From Setoptus koraiensis (taxonomy: Eukaryota > Animalia > Arthropoda), in assembly GCA_048013815.1 (NCBI GenBank), contig CM106585.1, forward strand, positions 24,157,963-24,221,962: a stretch of 64,000 nucleotides of DNA, written 5' to 3'. Numbering within the stretch: position 1 is the first letter of the stretch; every line of letters starts with the position of its first letter. This document shows, in pieces, positions 22,607 to 37,400 of this stretch. Under the pieces are notes generated by a model. It was not told the DNA's origin, made no database searches, and saw only the letters and a list, made by a program, of their open reading frames with translations. The position numbers and the translations under genes are program-made.

Positions 22607-25600
22607 CTACAATATTGGGCTTGTGGGTGGTGCTGTCTTCTTTATAGGATGAACACGACACACACAACCGGCCGGAAATTTAAATAATGCTACTTGAGGG
22701 CTTCTTGATGGATCATGTGGGTCGATAGCTATCATTCTATGAAGACTGTATCGTTGTTGGCACGTTGAATCATAAAAGGGGGCGATAAACTCGCATGGCG
22801 TATTAGGTTGTCTATTAATAAGGTTAAGATAAAGAGCAGAGATGATTACGAAAATCAGTGTCCGGTTGATTAATGATTGATTCAAGAAACATCTATTCCT
22901 ATGCCCGTTTGGCTAGCTATATGTATCGATCAAGTATACTTACGCGCAGCTCTCAGTTCTAACTTTCTGAGGGAATACGTCAGTGTTAACCACCAGCATC
23001 CACTCTCTGGTGATTTCGTCTTTGGCCCAACCAGGCCTCATAACATCCACTTGCGTCTGGCAAGCAAATTTGCCTCTGGCTGCCTGGTTGTTAGTTGTGT
23101 TGAAGTCATCTTTGTGAAGCTCCTGGTCTGAGACAGTCTGCAATTCTTCGTACATTATTCTCACTGATCTGAAACTTTTCTCAACCGCTTGTCTGACTTC
23201 ATTCCTGATTAATTAATGTAAAAGAGATAAAAAAGAGGCATCAATAAAATCATAATTACAACAAGTTAAAACAGAACCAAAAGAATAAAAAAAATCGCCC
23301 CTTACATAGGATAGTCTTTCGTGAGGACACAAAAGTTCTTGCCGGTCAATGTACAATTTGGCACCTGACCATTGGCTAAAGGTTGGTCGGGCCTCCTGAT
23401 TGTAACACTTGGCCCGTGCTCGAATGTGGGCACCGAAATGGAGTTTTGTTTCTCGTCACTGGACAATTGTTGTTGTTGGTTGTTGATATTGTTGTTGGCA
23501 CCTTGTTGTGATTGTTGTTGCTGCTGTTGTTGCATATCAATACGAACTGGGTCTCGTTCTGGGCCGCCGGATAGCTGGGATCCGTCGGAGCTGTCGGCGT
23601 TAGTTGATATGGTTGCAATTCTCATTCCTGGCTGCTGTTGCCTGTTACTCTGTTGCATTATTTGCACTTGACCCTGGCTATTTATCATCATAGCCGCCGG
23701 ACGACCAAACGGAACAGGTTGATTTGTTAACACTGTCATTCTATTTGCACCACCAAACTGTCTAATGGCATTATTTTGCATCATTGGTGGCATCATCGGT
23801 TGCGATTCCATTTGAGCCATTAATTGATTGCTGAGTTGTAAACGTTCGCGTTGATTTTGTTTACTAGCAACGGATCTCTGTTCTGTCATGGACATGGGTG
23901 TTGGTTGAGACGATGTTTTGGACCTACTGAAATCTGTCCTTAAACGCGTTGGTATAAATGAGTATTGCTGCTGCTGCAGAGTCTTACTCTTTCTGCCACC
24001 CTTGACTTGTCTATTGGTCTCTATAATGGAGTTGTTGCCCGAGGCAATTGGCTGCTGTTGTTCAATCATGTTGAGTTGCTTCTTTGGCTGATTGGTATTA
24101 ATTGAAACAGGTGTCACTGTTACAAAATCGCCAACAGTGGTAGTGCTAACGGTTATATTACTTGTAGCAACTAAGCCTGCCATATTATTGTTGTTGTCCA
24201 GTTCATTTTGTTGTTTTGTTACTATTGTGGCCGTTGTGGTGGTTGTCGGTCTATCTGTTGCTTGTTGTGATAGCTTGATAGTTGATAATTGCTGTTGCTC
24301 ACTAGATTGTGTTTGGCTTTTAGTTGGCTGAGTAGTAATAGAATTAGTAGTAGTTGTAGTAATAGTTGTGGGCTTCATAGTGGTGGTAGTGGTAGTTTGT
24401 TGTTGCTCATTAACAATTTCATTATTGTCTAAATTCATAGCCGACACTAGGGGCTGTTGTGTTGTTGTCAACATTTGTCTGCCTGATGTCGTTGACATGA
24501 TAGTTGATGACATTTGTTTATTAATATTGGGTAACATTGTCACTGAGCTAGCTGAATTGCCTGTTGTAGAAACAGAGTTGCCTGATGTTGCCTGTGTAAT
24601 TGGTGAAGTTGTAGTTGTTGTTTGCCTGTTGTTGGCGGCCGCGCTTGTTGTTGCAGTTGCCATGATGGTGGTCATTGGTTGTCTACCTTTAATCTGTTGC
24701 TGCTGGGTCATGCCTCTGGCGAGTATCATCTGATCTGGTTGAGTTGATGCAGTGTTCGTTTGGGTAAACTGTACAAATTTAGTTGTTGGTGGCTCGCTAG
24801 CCGTTGTTGACTGTGTTCGCTGAACTGTCTTACTTGTGGTCATTGGAGCAAAAGTTGTCATTTGTGTTTGTTGTTGTTGTGATTGTTGATTGATGTGCAT
24901 AATCAATGGTGACATTATGTCATTTTCACTAGCACCTGTCATAGCGATCATAGATGATGGTTGCTGATTTGCTGCCGATATTTGCCCCTGTGACGATGAT
25001 CTATCCATCATCTTCTTACCTATGGTGGCCGGTCTCAATTTCATGCCTGGACTTGTCAGTTGTGATGCTGTTGTCTTAGCACCTGCATTGCTTGTTTTGG
25101 CTTGCGGTGATTGCAGGTTGTTGTTTGTATTTGCGGTGGAGGTCTTAGTTGACGACATGATTGCCGGTTGTCTCATAGATTGCATAGATGCTTTCTGCAT
25201 GAATTGTTGTTGTTGTTGTTGTTGCTGCTGCTGCTGCTGTTGTGGCATAGATTGAGTTGACATTGATTGCATAGCTGGCGTGCCAATGACAGTTGTAGTG
25301 GTCATCTGAGGACTGTTGTTTGTCATTGTCATCAGCTGAATCGCCGGAAATTGTTGACCACTTGCCGTTGATTGCTTCATCGCTTGTCGCATTATAATGG
25401 GACCTTGAGATGTCATGATAACTGTTTGATCGTTTGATCCAAACGATTGCTGTCGACCATTTTGTGTTTGTGTGCCACTGTCACCGCCGCTCATAGGTGA
25501 TCGTGTTGGTGGAGGTGGTTGCAATTTACGTTGTGGCCTACGTGTTGTTGTTGATACTATTGCCGATACGGTTGTTACACTTTCAGGCTCACCACCAATT

Positions 25601-28600
25601 GTCTGCTGCTGTTGTCTATTACTATTGTTTACATTTGTGCCAGTAGAGGGATTTGTGGTTGTGGTGAAGGGGGCTCCAGTTGTTGTGATGCTGGCGTTTG
25701 AGTCGTCTGAGGTGATAGTTATCGACTTGGCTGTAGTTCGCATCATTTGTTGTGTCAGACCATTATTGTCATTGATTTGTTGGCCATTATTGTCTTGAGT
25801 GGACATTGTCATGCCAACCACTGACTGATTGTTGTCTTTATTTCTAGTTCCGCTGTCACCAGTTGTCGTTGATACTCCCATTTCATTTGTCAGCATAGTC
25901 ATCATTGGATTGAACGTCGTTGTTGTTGTTGTTGGTGCTGGTCTTAGTTTGTTTTGTGTTGGTGTCTTGGTGCTCATAGAGCCCATTTCGCTTGTTGTTG
26001 GCGCTTGAATTCTGGGTATATCATTGTCCATCATAATAGTTTCCATCATGTTGTTGAACTGTTGTTGTTGCTGCTCTCTCGACATCATCATCATGTCGCT
26101 GTTGGTCATCATTGATCTAGAGGGCGATTGAATGGTTGTTGGCTTCTGCACGCGTGCAATATCCTCCGTTACCATCATGTTCAATGTTTGTGTTTGTGTT
26201 GTTTGCGGTGACGTTGTTGAGACGCTAGTTGTTTGTTGTTGATTATTTGTCACTGATAGCCTATCTGAGTTATCATTATTGGCCATATCAACATTGTTGC
26301 TATTGTCGTTATTTTGTTGCTCACTATTGTTGTTGTTGTTGTTGTTGTTGTTGCTGTTGACATTGCTAGTGTTGTCCATCAAGTCCATCATGAGCATCAT
26401 CATGTTGTTGTCGTTATTATCCAAAATTGTTGTACTTGGAGCCATAGTACTGGCCGGTGTTGAGCCAACACTTTGCTGTTGTCTCATTGCCTCATTTGAA
26501 TTATCTTCGTTTGTATTCATTACATTGGTGGTCGTCATCATGTCGGCCCCCATGATGCCATTGTCATTGTCATTGTTATTGTTATCATTTTGGCCCAAAT
26601 TAGATTGAGTGCTCATTTGATCAGACGTTACACCTTGTTGTGTTGACACATTCATTGGCATATTATCTTCGGAACTGTCATCATTGTCATCATTTTCACT
26701 ATTCATATTTTCTTCTTTTGTCAATTCGGGCGGAATTCCGTCACTCTCTGTAGTTGTTGTAAACCCACTAGCGTCATCATTACCTTGATTAGCTTGGTCA
26801 CCGCCATTGGTCATCATTGACTTTGTGGTGCTTGAGCCATCATTGGCCATCATAGCTGTTGTTGTTGTTGTTGCTACTACTTTTGTTGTTCTAGATATAT
26901 CTTCGCCCTGCATGTCAATTTGACCATTATCGCCATCCTCATTAGAGCCTCTAGAATTGCCACTGTCGTCACTATTACTAGTGGTACTTGTTTTCATTGT
27001 TGTTGTTGGCATCTGTTGTTGAATATTAATCATTTCGAAATCAGTTGTTTGAGTTGAGCTAGCCATTGTTGACGCAGATGTCGATGATGTTGTTGCAGGC
27101 GTAGTTGTTGTTGCTGCTATCGGCGTTGTTAATATTTCTCCCGAAGCATTAGTGACACTATTGCTATCGAAATTAGTAGCCCTACTAGCACTGGTACTCG
27201 AAACAGTGGGTTGTGATGTAGCACCGGAAGTTGTTGTTGTTGTTGTTGTCTGGGTTGGTGTGTTCGATGTGACCAATCGCTCCAAGTTCATTTGCATAGT
27301 TGATGCTTGCTGTTGTTTAGTTGAGCCAGGTCTCGTATTTGTATTAGCGTTCGTCATGATTGTTTTTGTTGTGGGAGCCATTGTTGTTGTTTGCATAATT
27401 CGTGCGATCGTTGTCGGTGTTGTCGAGTCACCTCTGTCAGAAGTTGCCGGTGTCGTTGTTGTTGGTATTGGCTTGAATTGGGACATCATAGTGATCATGT
27501 TTCGCATAGTTGGTCGTCCATTAACCAAATCAACTCTCTGCTGTTGATTATTGTTGTTAATTGTTTTTGTGGTTATTCTCTGCTGATCGGAATCCGTTCT
27601 TGTTATTGGAGTCTCTTGATTTAAGTCAACTTGCTGCTGGCCACTTTTGGTCTGACCATTGACATTTGTCGTCATAGTTGTTGCTTGTTGCTGTCGAATT
27701 GTTTGTGCCGGTGCTGTTGCTGTCGTCATTGTTGTTGTCGTTGTTGTTGTCATGGGCCTAAAAGAATTCGAAGTCACTTTTGTTGCAACATTTGACAATC
27801 CTGTGGTTGTTGTTGCTGTTGTCGGCATTGTTGGTCTAATAGTAGCAGCTGTAGTAGTTCTGAATTGTTGCTGCCCATTACTTGTTGTCATCATGTTTGT
27901 TCTACTAGTTGTTGGATTAGACGTAGTTGTTGTGGGGGCCAGTGTGGCCATTGTAGATTGTTGTTTAACACCACCAGCACTATTAGCACGTACTGTTTGT
28001 TGTTGTTGTTGTTGCGTCATCATAGTGGGACCAAAAGTTGTTGTTGTTGTGGTCTGTTGCTGCTGCTGTTGTTGTTGTTGATTTTGATTAGGTGTTGATG
28101 GTGTGCTCATGTCCTGATCAGTTGTTGGCACAATAGTGCTCATTGTCTTTCCATCCTGGCGTTGTTGCTGTTGTTGTTGTTGTTGTTGCTGTTGCTGAGC
28201 TGAATCCATACCTGTCGAACCTGTTGCTACACTCTGAATGGTGGGGCTTGTTGTTGGTGCACGCATATCAATTAGATTACTATTTGTCATCGATTGCTGC
28301 TGCGGTTGCTTTTTGCTCGTTGCCATCATTGTCGATGGCCCCGTGATTGAGGCTGCATCCATTTTGGTGAGAATCATCATTTGAGTTACATCCGCTTCTT
28401 TGTTGGTTCTGCCAGCTTCTGTCTGTTGCAACTTGATGTTATTGTCCATGGAATCGTTGTTGATAGAGTTGTTGTTGTTGCTGTTGTTGTCCTCCTCTTC
28501 TATGTAGTCCATTTGATGTTGTTGTTCTATTCTATCCTCGTTATCTGATATCTGATTCTCTCTCATTTGACTGATGGAGAATGCAACAGGTTGCAATCTA

Positions 28601-30072
28601 GAATCAACTTCATTCGACGCCAATGATTGTCTGGCAAGTTTGTTGTCACGCTGATTTGCGCCACTTGCAGGGGCACTTGTAGCAGAATTCATTGAGCTGC
28701 TTACTGGACGAACTCTCATTCCTGGCAAAATCTGATTAAATTGTTGTTGATCTCTCTGATTAGCCAATTGATTGTTGACTGTGAATTGATTGTTGTTATT
28801 AGCGACAACACGATTGCTCTTGGTAACCATTGGCATTTGTGATTGTTGCTGTTGCGAATTGACCATATCAAATCTAGAGCTAGCTGTTTGCTTGCCCATT
28901 GGTTGTTGTTGATTGAAAGTTGTCTTATTTTTGGCCCTTTGCATCATAGTTCTCATTTGTATGCCCATTTGGCTGCTGTTATCCTGTTGCTGCTGTAGAT
29001 TGTCTTGTTCTCCCATAGAATCAACATCATTGGTAGCTTGTTGCTGTTCAGCATTATTAGCTTGCCTATTTGGTCTACCTTGTTCTTGTATCAAATTTGA
29101 ATTTAAATTATTTGTCGTTCTTTTGTTGGTGCTTGTTTGTTCGCGGTCAGAAGTTGGCTTAGTTTTGGTCCGTTCTAACTCTATGTTGTTGTTGTTGTTG
29201 TTGTTGTTATTATCATTATTATTGTTGTCGTTGTTGTTACGATAATTATTGTTGTTATTATTATTATTATTATCAATGATATTTAAATTTTGATTATTAT
29301 TAGCTTGCTGTTGTTGGGTTTGCTGTAGCTGTAGCTGTGGCAGTGATTGTGGTTGCTTTATTGCAACCGCTGTAATCGCTGGTGATGATTGCATTGTCAC
29401 CATCCCATTAGCTGTTAGTGTTTTGCCGCCAAATGACACAGCCTTAATTGGCCTAATTGTAGGCTCAACAGCCTCATTGATATACTCTGTTGTTGTTAGT
29501 TTTGGTTTAGACCAATTAATACAATAGATTGGATAGCGTAGGCGCAAGGATTATAATGGGTTGGGATATCAACAGGTAGAATGGTTCGGTTGTTTGTGGG
29601 TTAGTTGTCAGATGAGATGGGTTAGTGACAGTTGGCGAGAGGTTGGTTTGTTGGTTTAATTTGTGCGGCAAGCAAAATTGAGTTTTCGTTAATTAGCTCA
29701 TGTGTAAGATAGTTGAGTAGAGAGAAAGCAATAAGTCATGATTAAGTTTGAGATAAACAGATTCACAGTTTACAAGAGCAAAGAAGCAAATGCAAATTTA
29801 TATGCAAATTTTTGTTAACATTGACATCATTAATCAACAAGGCGGTTACACACTAAGCTGTTATGTGCTGCTGTTTTGGTTTGGGTCATTTAATACTTAC
29901 GTTGCCACCAGAGATTCCACCAATTATTGTTATCTTGATTGTTGTTTATTTGTATCATTTCCTGTTGACGGCTTGGCGCCTGACGCTTCGAATGGTGCAA
30001 AGTGGATTGGGCACCGATGGTCACCAGAGCCATCACCAGCAGGCCACTGACAATAACGAGCTGCCACAGAAG
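22607..30072 (-). CDS. Spaetzle/neurotrophin-family cystine-knot precursor (NT1/spz2-like), at least 2272 aa; exons 29901-30072, 23306-29486, 22944-23204, 22607-22811; start codon not located
   Basis: C-terminal FACQTQVDVMRPGWAK...WMLVVNT...QKVRTESC..PNTPC...STCQQRYSLHRMIAID...FKFPAGCVCRV is a Spz cystine knot, preceded by NCTLTGKNFCVLTKDYP. GT-AG introns 23205-23305 and 22812-22943 keep the frame. The upstream exon encodes a signal-like LLWQLVIVSGLLVMALVTIGAQS and joins in phase 1. The two 5' exon boundaries are less certain than the 3' ones. Confidence 0.8.
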
Positions 30073-31379
30073 CTACCATTTGAAAGTGAACAAAACACAC
30101 CAACAAACACAAATTAATAATAAAAAGTGTGAGAGATTAATCATTTGTGGCGTAATTAAGCAAGCCCGATTAGAGGCACACCTTTCACTTTCATTTTAAG
30201 GCAAAATGGGGCCTGGGAGAAAAAGCGTCAACACTCATGGTTGATGCGATTTGTATTGTGATAGGTATTTGCATTTGTGACTTGTCTCTTGTCGCTTTCT
30301 GCTATCAGTTGTTTGCAACATAAACAAACAACGCGTGAGATAAAGGAAGTTGCCCGTTATAATCGCAGTGAAGAGACTTAATTGAGAAATGCGTACATTG
30401 GATAGATTTGGTATGTGGAAAATTAAAAAATCAATCTCTCATTAAATGTATAACATGATGAGATTAGATTGCTGGCGTCTCAATGGCGTTGCTGGTTAGA
30501 TTGATTGAACAACAGCAACAGCAACAAGCAACTTGTTTGTTTGTTTGTTTAATCTTTGCAACAATTTACAACAATCTGTAGCCAACAATCTACAGTTGCG
30601 ATTCGTTTCGATTGATTCGTTTATATCCGACTTGTCCGATGAGTTGAGCTGCCTGCGAGAGGCGAGAAAGAAATTAAAATTTCGCTGTAAATCGTCAATC
30701 TAATCTCATACACACTCTTAGATACACACTTACACGTAGGAAAAGTGTTGTATCAGCTGAAAAAGTTGGTTGCAGCTAACGAGAGAGGGAGAGTTTATAT
30801 ATTATGTGTCCATAAACAACAATTGGTGTGAGAATAACTCGCTAAATTAATGCATCATTTGGAAAGTTGCAGATGCAACGGATTAGATGAGAATGTTGAC
30901 CGGATGCAAAACTTTTAACGATTGGTAGCTCGTTTGTTGGTTGCAGCAGCGACCATTTGACTGGACGACCGATGATCCGACTAACCGATGTGATCATTTG
31001 ATCATCTGATCATCCGATCAGCTAGCTCAAACATTTGCTGGCTGAGCAAGCGCCCGACTAACATTCAGCTGTTGCATCAGACTGTTTGGACTGTTCGATC
31101 AACACTAGACAATATTACATAAACTAGCCTGACGTCAGCGGTCACTCTGATTATATAACTGATAGCGTTATAAGTTATAAGCGATAAGCGGCAAGCGGCA
31201 AGGAGTAGCCGTTGTTTAGTAAGTAGGAAGTGGCCACTTTGAGCTGTCCATCATTTTGCTAACGATGGGCGCGCATCATTTGGCCAATAGGTGAGCTTGC
31301 TCGGCGGTCAGTTGCTAGTAATAGTGAGACGCTTGCAAGTTGATTGGGCCACTGTCTAACAAGTGAGCATCGCGCCTGC

Positions 31380-31458
31380 TTGCGAGAGACATTGCGAGTC
31401 ACATTGCGAGTCACATTGCGAGACACATTGCGAGACACATTGCGAGACACATTGCGAG
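31380..31458. repeat. 12-bp minisatellite (TTGCGAGACACA), about 6.5 copies
   Basis: Seen directly; also gives the RNVS-repeat shadow ORFs. Confidence 0.9.
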
Positions 31459-34400
31459 CGAGAGAGAGCCGAACAAAAATATTGACAGGCTGATTGACGC
31501 AATCGTTTGCGTCCAAATGCGATAACCGCGAACCAACTTCTTTTGAGGCTAACTCCAACTGAAACCGTTAGAGTTGCCGCTTCTCTTACCTCCGATAGCC
31601 GCATCGTTGTAACGGTCTTAATCATCATATCGACGCAGTTTGATTGTCGGTTGGCGCTGTCGTCGTTTTAGTTGTCGTTTTGGATGTCGCTTTCAGTTGT
31701 CGCTTTCAGTTGTCGTTTGGCTTGTCGTTTGACTTGTCGCTTTTGGCTGAGAAGATTGAGGGGGGGGGGGCAAAAAGTCAAAGCCGTTGTGTCATCACGA
31801 GGACACTCAAATAATGTGAATAGTCTGATGGACGAGCACAATCTAATCGATGATTCATATCATTGCCTGTAGCTGTTGCACCAGCACACTTAATAGCGAC
31901 ATAATTACCAGCTAATGACGATGAGCCCGACAGCACGACGATGACTACTTATATTATACTGCGACAATATATTGTGAACTGTATATTGTAAACTGTATAT
32001 TGTATATTGTTTAGCGTATGTTGGCCCTAATGATGACTCGGCCCGATGCATAAACCTGTACCTGTGCCAGTAACGGTGTAAATTGTTAACGGTATAAATG
32101 TGCTATGATGCAATGATGCCGACATCTATAGATGGTAATTGTAAGCTGATGCAATGGCGACGCTAGGTAATTGTTATCATTATCGTTATGGTTGCAACAT
32201 TAATATATTATTAATATATTATTAATATATTATTAGTGTATTATATGGGGATGCCTTTCAATTATGCACATTGCCAGAGAACATCCGACATAAATTGTTA
32301 TATCGACGGCATATATTATCGATAGAAGCCTATTTGCGGTTGTATTTGAATTGGAATCGATAATTGTGTGAGCTCGTCTGTCGGTTAATAGTTATCCATT
32401 GATAGTTATTGATAGTTATGAGGGCAACTGTTATTTCTGAATGAATCAGTTATCGATCAATTCATTATTGATGTCGCTTGTTGTTGCTGCGTGATTGTGT
32501 CACCAAAGATGATTTATCGATTTTGTATTTGTTGGCTGCCCAATCAACTATTTACACTAATTGTTGCTAAATTTGCTAAATTGAAATTATCTCATTGTTA
32601 TACTTGTACTTGTAGTTGTAGTAAGTTAAATTTGATTAGAAATGACAGTGTCAACTAATATAAATGCCAATTATAATTGAGTGAAACTATCACAACTAAT
32701 GAGTGACTAACTATGATTGTTAATATTTAGCTAATACTGCTCACATGCTAACACTAATAACAGTCTATAGTGATGTGATTTGCATAGTGTTGTGTCGCTA
32801 TCATGAACACACTTACACGCACCGTTAATTTGCTTGTGTCTCAATGTGCTCTTGCCTATATGCCACCACATATACGTAGTGCGCATGCGACAGGTGCATT
32901 GGCCGGCAGCTAGCGACGGGGTTGGCTTCATTGGACAGGTATCAACAGCGCGCGTTGTGGGCAGGGCCACAACTAATCATGACATCAAAATGGGAAGAGT
33001 GACTTTAATCACTGGCTCACAATGCTGTCATTACACGACTCACTTATTACCATCAGCTGACTCATGTTTGTGTGTCTAGACAACGAGCTTGCCATTTGTT
33101 GGCTGAGTTGCGGTGTTGCTCACAAGTCAGCTTGTTGATTGCTCATTGCTGGTCATTGCCACTGAAATGAGCCAATTGAGATTGCATTGAGACACACTTG
33201 TTAGGTGAGTGCCCACAAGACAAGTCTGCTCTGTCGTATAGTGATCGCATGGTGATCTCAACAGAGACAGAGCCAACAAGAAAGAGAAATGCAGCCGATG
33301 TGATGGGGCAAAAGTATACTAATTAGTTTGTGCGTGTGTGTTGTGCTCACCTGAGGCCGTTAGTGGAGTGTGTGTGTGTGTGTGTTGGCAAGAGCACACG
33401 ACAACAACATTACCATCACATTATGAATAATGATGACGCCTAGCGGTGGCCAGTAGACACACACACACAGCACACACAGTAGATGTAGACACAGGTGAGT
33501 TGATTGGGCAAACTAAGTTGTTTAAGAGTGCATCAAATTGGTGAGAGTTGACGAAAGCAACAATTAATGCAAGTGATCAGTGCAGCTTGCGGGTGGCCAC
33601 TCACAATGCATTGTGACTATACTATAGCCACTATGTTACGTAATGTAACATGTATGTTATGTAATAATTACTGTGTAAGACAACACGACACACCTTTGCA
33701 CGCTTTTGTCTGACTGATGCGCGTTGTTGTTACGCAAGCTAGCTCTACTGTATTGGCATCTAATATCCAGTATCTAACAGGACATTGCAAACTGCATGTT
33801 GGACTAGATATTAGAGAGTCTCTATTGCTATTTACTGTCCATTAACCGTTAGATGTTAGACCAATGTCATAGCGATGGCATCACAACAATATCACTACTC
33901 ACTTGTTTACTGTGTGTGCCGCTGTTGGCCCGAACAAAACACAAATAACAAGATGAAAAATAATCATAATTATAATACAGTTAGACGCGCCACTTGTTGC
34001 TGTTGTTGCATGTGAACAGCAACAACAACAACAGTTGGCATCATCACATGGGCACAGTCTGTTGGCTTGACGGAAGCAATCAAGCGAGCGACAATTGACC
34101 ACTGGCAACTCGCTCGTCGACTTTCTCTTACAAAATGATTCATTCGACAGCTACTTCAAGTCGCTCATTAGGTGTTACGTTCAACTGTATTATAACTCCG
34201 ATGTGTGTGTGTGTGTGTGTTCTCGCTATATTGTTTATCGCCCCCTGGTAGTAATAATGCAAGCCAATAATACAAGGTTACTCATTTCGCTCGCTTGCTC
34301 TCTTGTTCAGCACACACACACACACATTTGTATACGTAATATAACAGCAACAGGTAACAAAGAAAACAATTAGAAAAACAAAAGCATCATTCGTTTGCTG

Positions 34401-37400
34401 TTGCAACTTGCCATTTCCAATTTCACATTTGTCAGTTGATTCAAATTCACAGTTATGTGCCAATGAGTATGGACAACAATCAACCTGTTACATGCTCATT
34501 GTGCTCGTCGCGTTGACCAACACTCACCGATGGTGCAGCACAACGCAACACGACACGACACGACACAACACGACACAACGCGACACAACACAACACAAGC
34601 CAGCACAAGTGAACAACAACAGCACACAGCACAAGAAGTAGATGAATAAAACAAATGATGAATGAATACAACAACAACAACGACAACAACAACAACAATA
34701 TGCAAATTATCACTACATGCAGTAGCACAAAGAATGACCACTGTTATCAGCTGATCTCAGTTGATACATTGATATAAATCTAGCGCAACAGTGACAGTTA
34801 GTTGACAGTTGAAAGTTGACAGTTAACAGTTAGTTTCGCAACAGTCAATAATTGTTGCTCGTTGCACACACCTGATGCGATGATGCGCCTCTGGCTGTCT
34901 CATGACATAACTGACCGGCGTCACTGTTGTCGGGCCAGACATAGCGAGACAAGAATGAATTTATAATGCTCACAGAATGTACATGCGCATTCATTCATCA
35001 ATCATTATGTCGGTTGTGTTTTAAACCACAGACATTGTACAATTGACACTGGTCAACTGACACTGTCCAACTGACACTAACTCATCTAATAATGTTAAAT
35101 AACACACATGACATGTCAAATGTGTATTCTAATACTGATAACAGTGGCCACATAAAAACAAAAGAAGCCACCTGTCGATATTGTTGATAATGCTAATATC
35201 GACAGTATGCTATTCATGTCGACAACAATATAACACTCTCATATCAACACAACTTGTATTATTATGTTATGTGTCGAGCTTGCTCAATGATGAGGACATA
35301 TAACGGACATATAATGTTAATAATGTTATTCAGGCGCATTATCGTTTTCAACTTAACAATCGTTTAGCCTTCATTAAAACGTCGTGTGTTTGGTTTGTTT
35401 GGTGTCTAGTGTCGATGAAATAAGAAAAAATATTTGCCCATTGCTGACCATTAGCTGTGTATGGCATTATAAACATCACTAAACACAACAATACGACATT
35501 GAGCTTGAGATTCGCCTTGACTTGTCGTCTCACTCACTCATGCGGTCGGTCAATTTTCAATTGAACTTCAATTGCCCATTCAACACCATCTAATAAAATA
35601 TAGCAACTAATACAATATAGCAACCATACAACAACAACAGCAACCACAACATGTTGTAATGTTGTGTGTCTGTAGTCAGCTGTCAAAAGCGACAACAAGC
35701 ACAACAAAGCGCCATGCGAAAAACAAACAACTTGTTATAACTGGCCAATGATGGCAGATTTGCAATGGGCGCACTCGAATCTCTCTGTTTAGATGGATGC
35801 TAGATGCAATCTTGTGCCCACTGACATCACGTAATTAACTGATATTACGTAACCTGATATTATTACAATGCAATCTCTAGTGCTTGCTGTAGTTTATAGA
35901 CAAGTTTTATGATGAAAGTTGATTGAAAGAGTATAGTGTTATTGTGCCAACGTTATTAGCACAACAGGTAGTTGTTGTGTTCAACAACACAACAACAACA
36001 ACACAGTACACTAATGATGATGAAAAGTGAAAGTGAGCAACCAATAATATAATGCAGTAATAGTGAAAGTTGAGACAACAAGTGAATTGAGTGGACAGTT
36101 TTAATTCATCGCCAATCAAATCGCGGTCGTCTGAGGCCACCATTGGTCAGCAACAAGTTGTTTGTCTTGTCTTGTCTTATCTCGTCTTGTCTTGTCTTGT
36201 CTCGCTCTCAGCTCAATTTCAACTCAACTTTCAACTAAATCTCAATAATCTCTGACAATTGATATTTGATTCGACCAGCAAACACTTGTTGTCGCCATAC
36301 AGCTTACAGTGTTGTCAATATGAGGTCAGCATGCATACAAAGCAGCCAAACATTTGAATAAAAATCTTTGAATTACATCTTTGTTTGTTTGTTTGTTTGT
36401 TTTATCAATTACACTTATTGAATAGTTAGTCACAATGATGATTTCACGCTCAGGCGTTGTTGGGCATGCATCATTTATCCTAATATGGTCAGCTAATCAA
36501 CAAGTCAACTGATGTTCAATGTTGACGCTCTATGACAGGCGATAACTTAACAAAATACAAAATAAAACTTGTTGTTTTACGACAAGCATTAACTTGACTT
36601 TTGTTATTGAAACGCCTTCATAATACTATTGAATGGCCACTGGTCAGTCACATTGTGCCTTTTACAAACAAACGACAAGACGACAACAAGAAAAAATCAA
36701 TTATCGACATGACACACAACATGCAAATAGTATAATAATGAGCCCATGAGATGACCAACACCAATTATCCCATTTCTAGCTACAGCTAACAAAATTGTAA
36801 ATCTCATAAGATTGTTTTCAAGTTATTACTTTTCAGATAAATCCAATTAGCAATTATTGTTATTATTAGCACTTTATGATGAAAAGTCGACACAACAATA
36901 CGACAAGTGTGTAATATATTATTGCTATCAATAAAATTATTTTTTCTCTGATTGTTGCTCGGCATTTGGGTGGCCTCTGGGCAGCTCCATGGACTTGACC
37001 CGTGTTTTTGTCTGTGACTATGTGTATCATTACTATTATTATAATTACTATGACAATGAGTGTTTACTGTGTATCTGTGCGTGTAAGTGTTGAATTTTAC
37101 AGTATTTTGTCTGACCGATCCCAGCAAAGAGAGACGACATGACATCGAAATCGCAAATTGAATCGCCAATCTAGTTAGCCTAGCAAAACGGCGGTCTCAA
37201 TTGGATCAACGGCAACGACCTGAACGATGCCAAGGGCAAACAATAGACGACAAAGCGTGACCGAGGCAACCAATTGAGAGATTAGAGAGAAGAAGAGCTG
37301 CAATATTACTCATTTAGTACACTGCACTCGGCATATCTCTTGTGATACAATCACCACAAGCAACAACAACAACAGCAACATTTGGCATTTGTCATCAAAC

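Noticed and set aside
23372-29245. Many plus-strand Cys/Val/Leu-rich ORFs (also at 646-1453 and 3384-3882)
   Set aside because: Antisense or off-frame shadows of CAA/ACA/AAC low-complexity codons in spz, Fhos and the N/D-rich ORF.
35348-35533. 61-aa ORF with a signal-peptide-like hydrophobic stretch
   Set aside because: Starts at GTG, has no processing or amidation sites and no recognisable family; unsupported without expression data.
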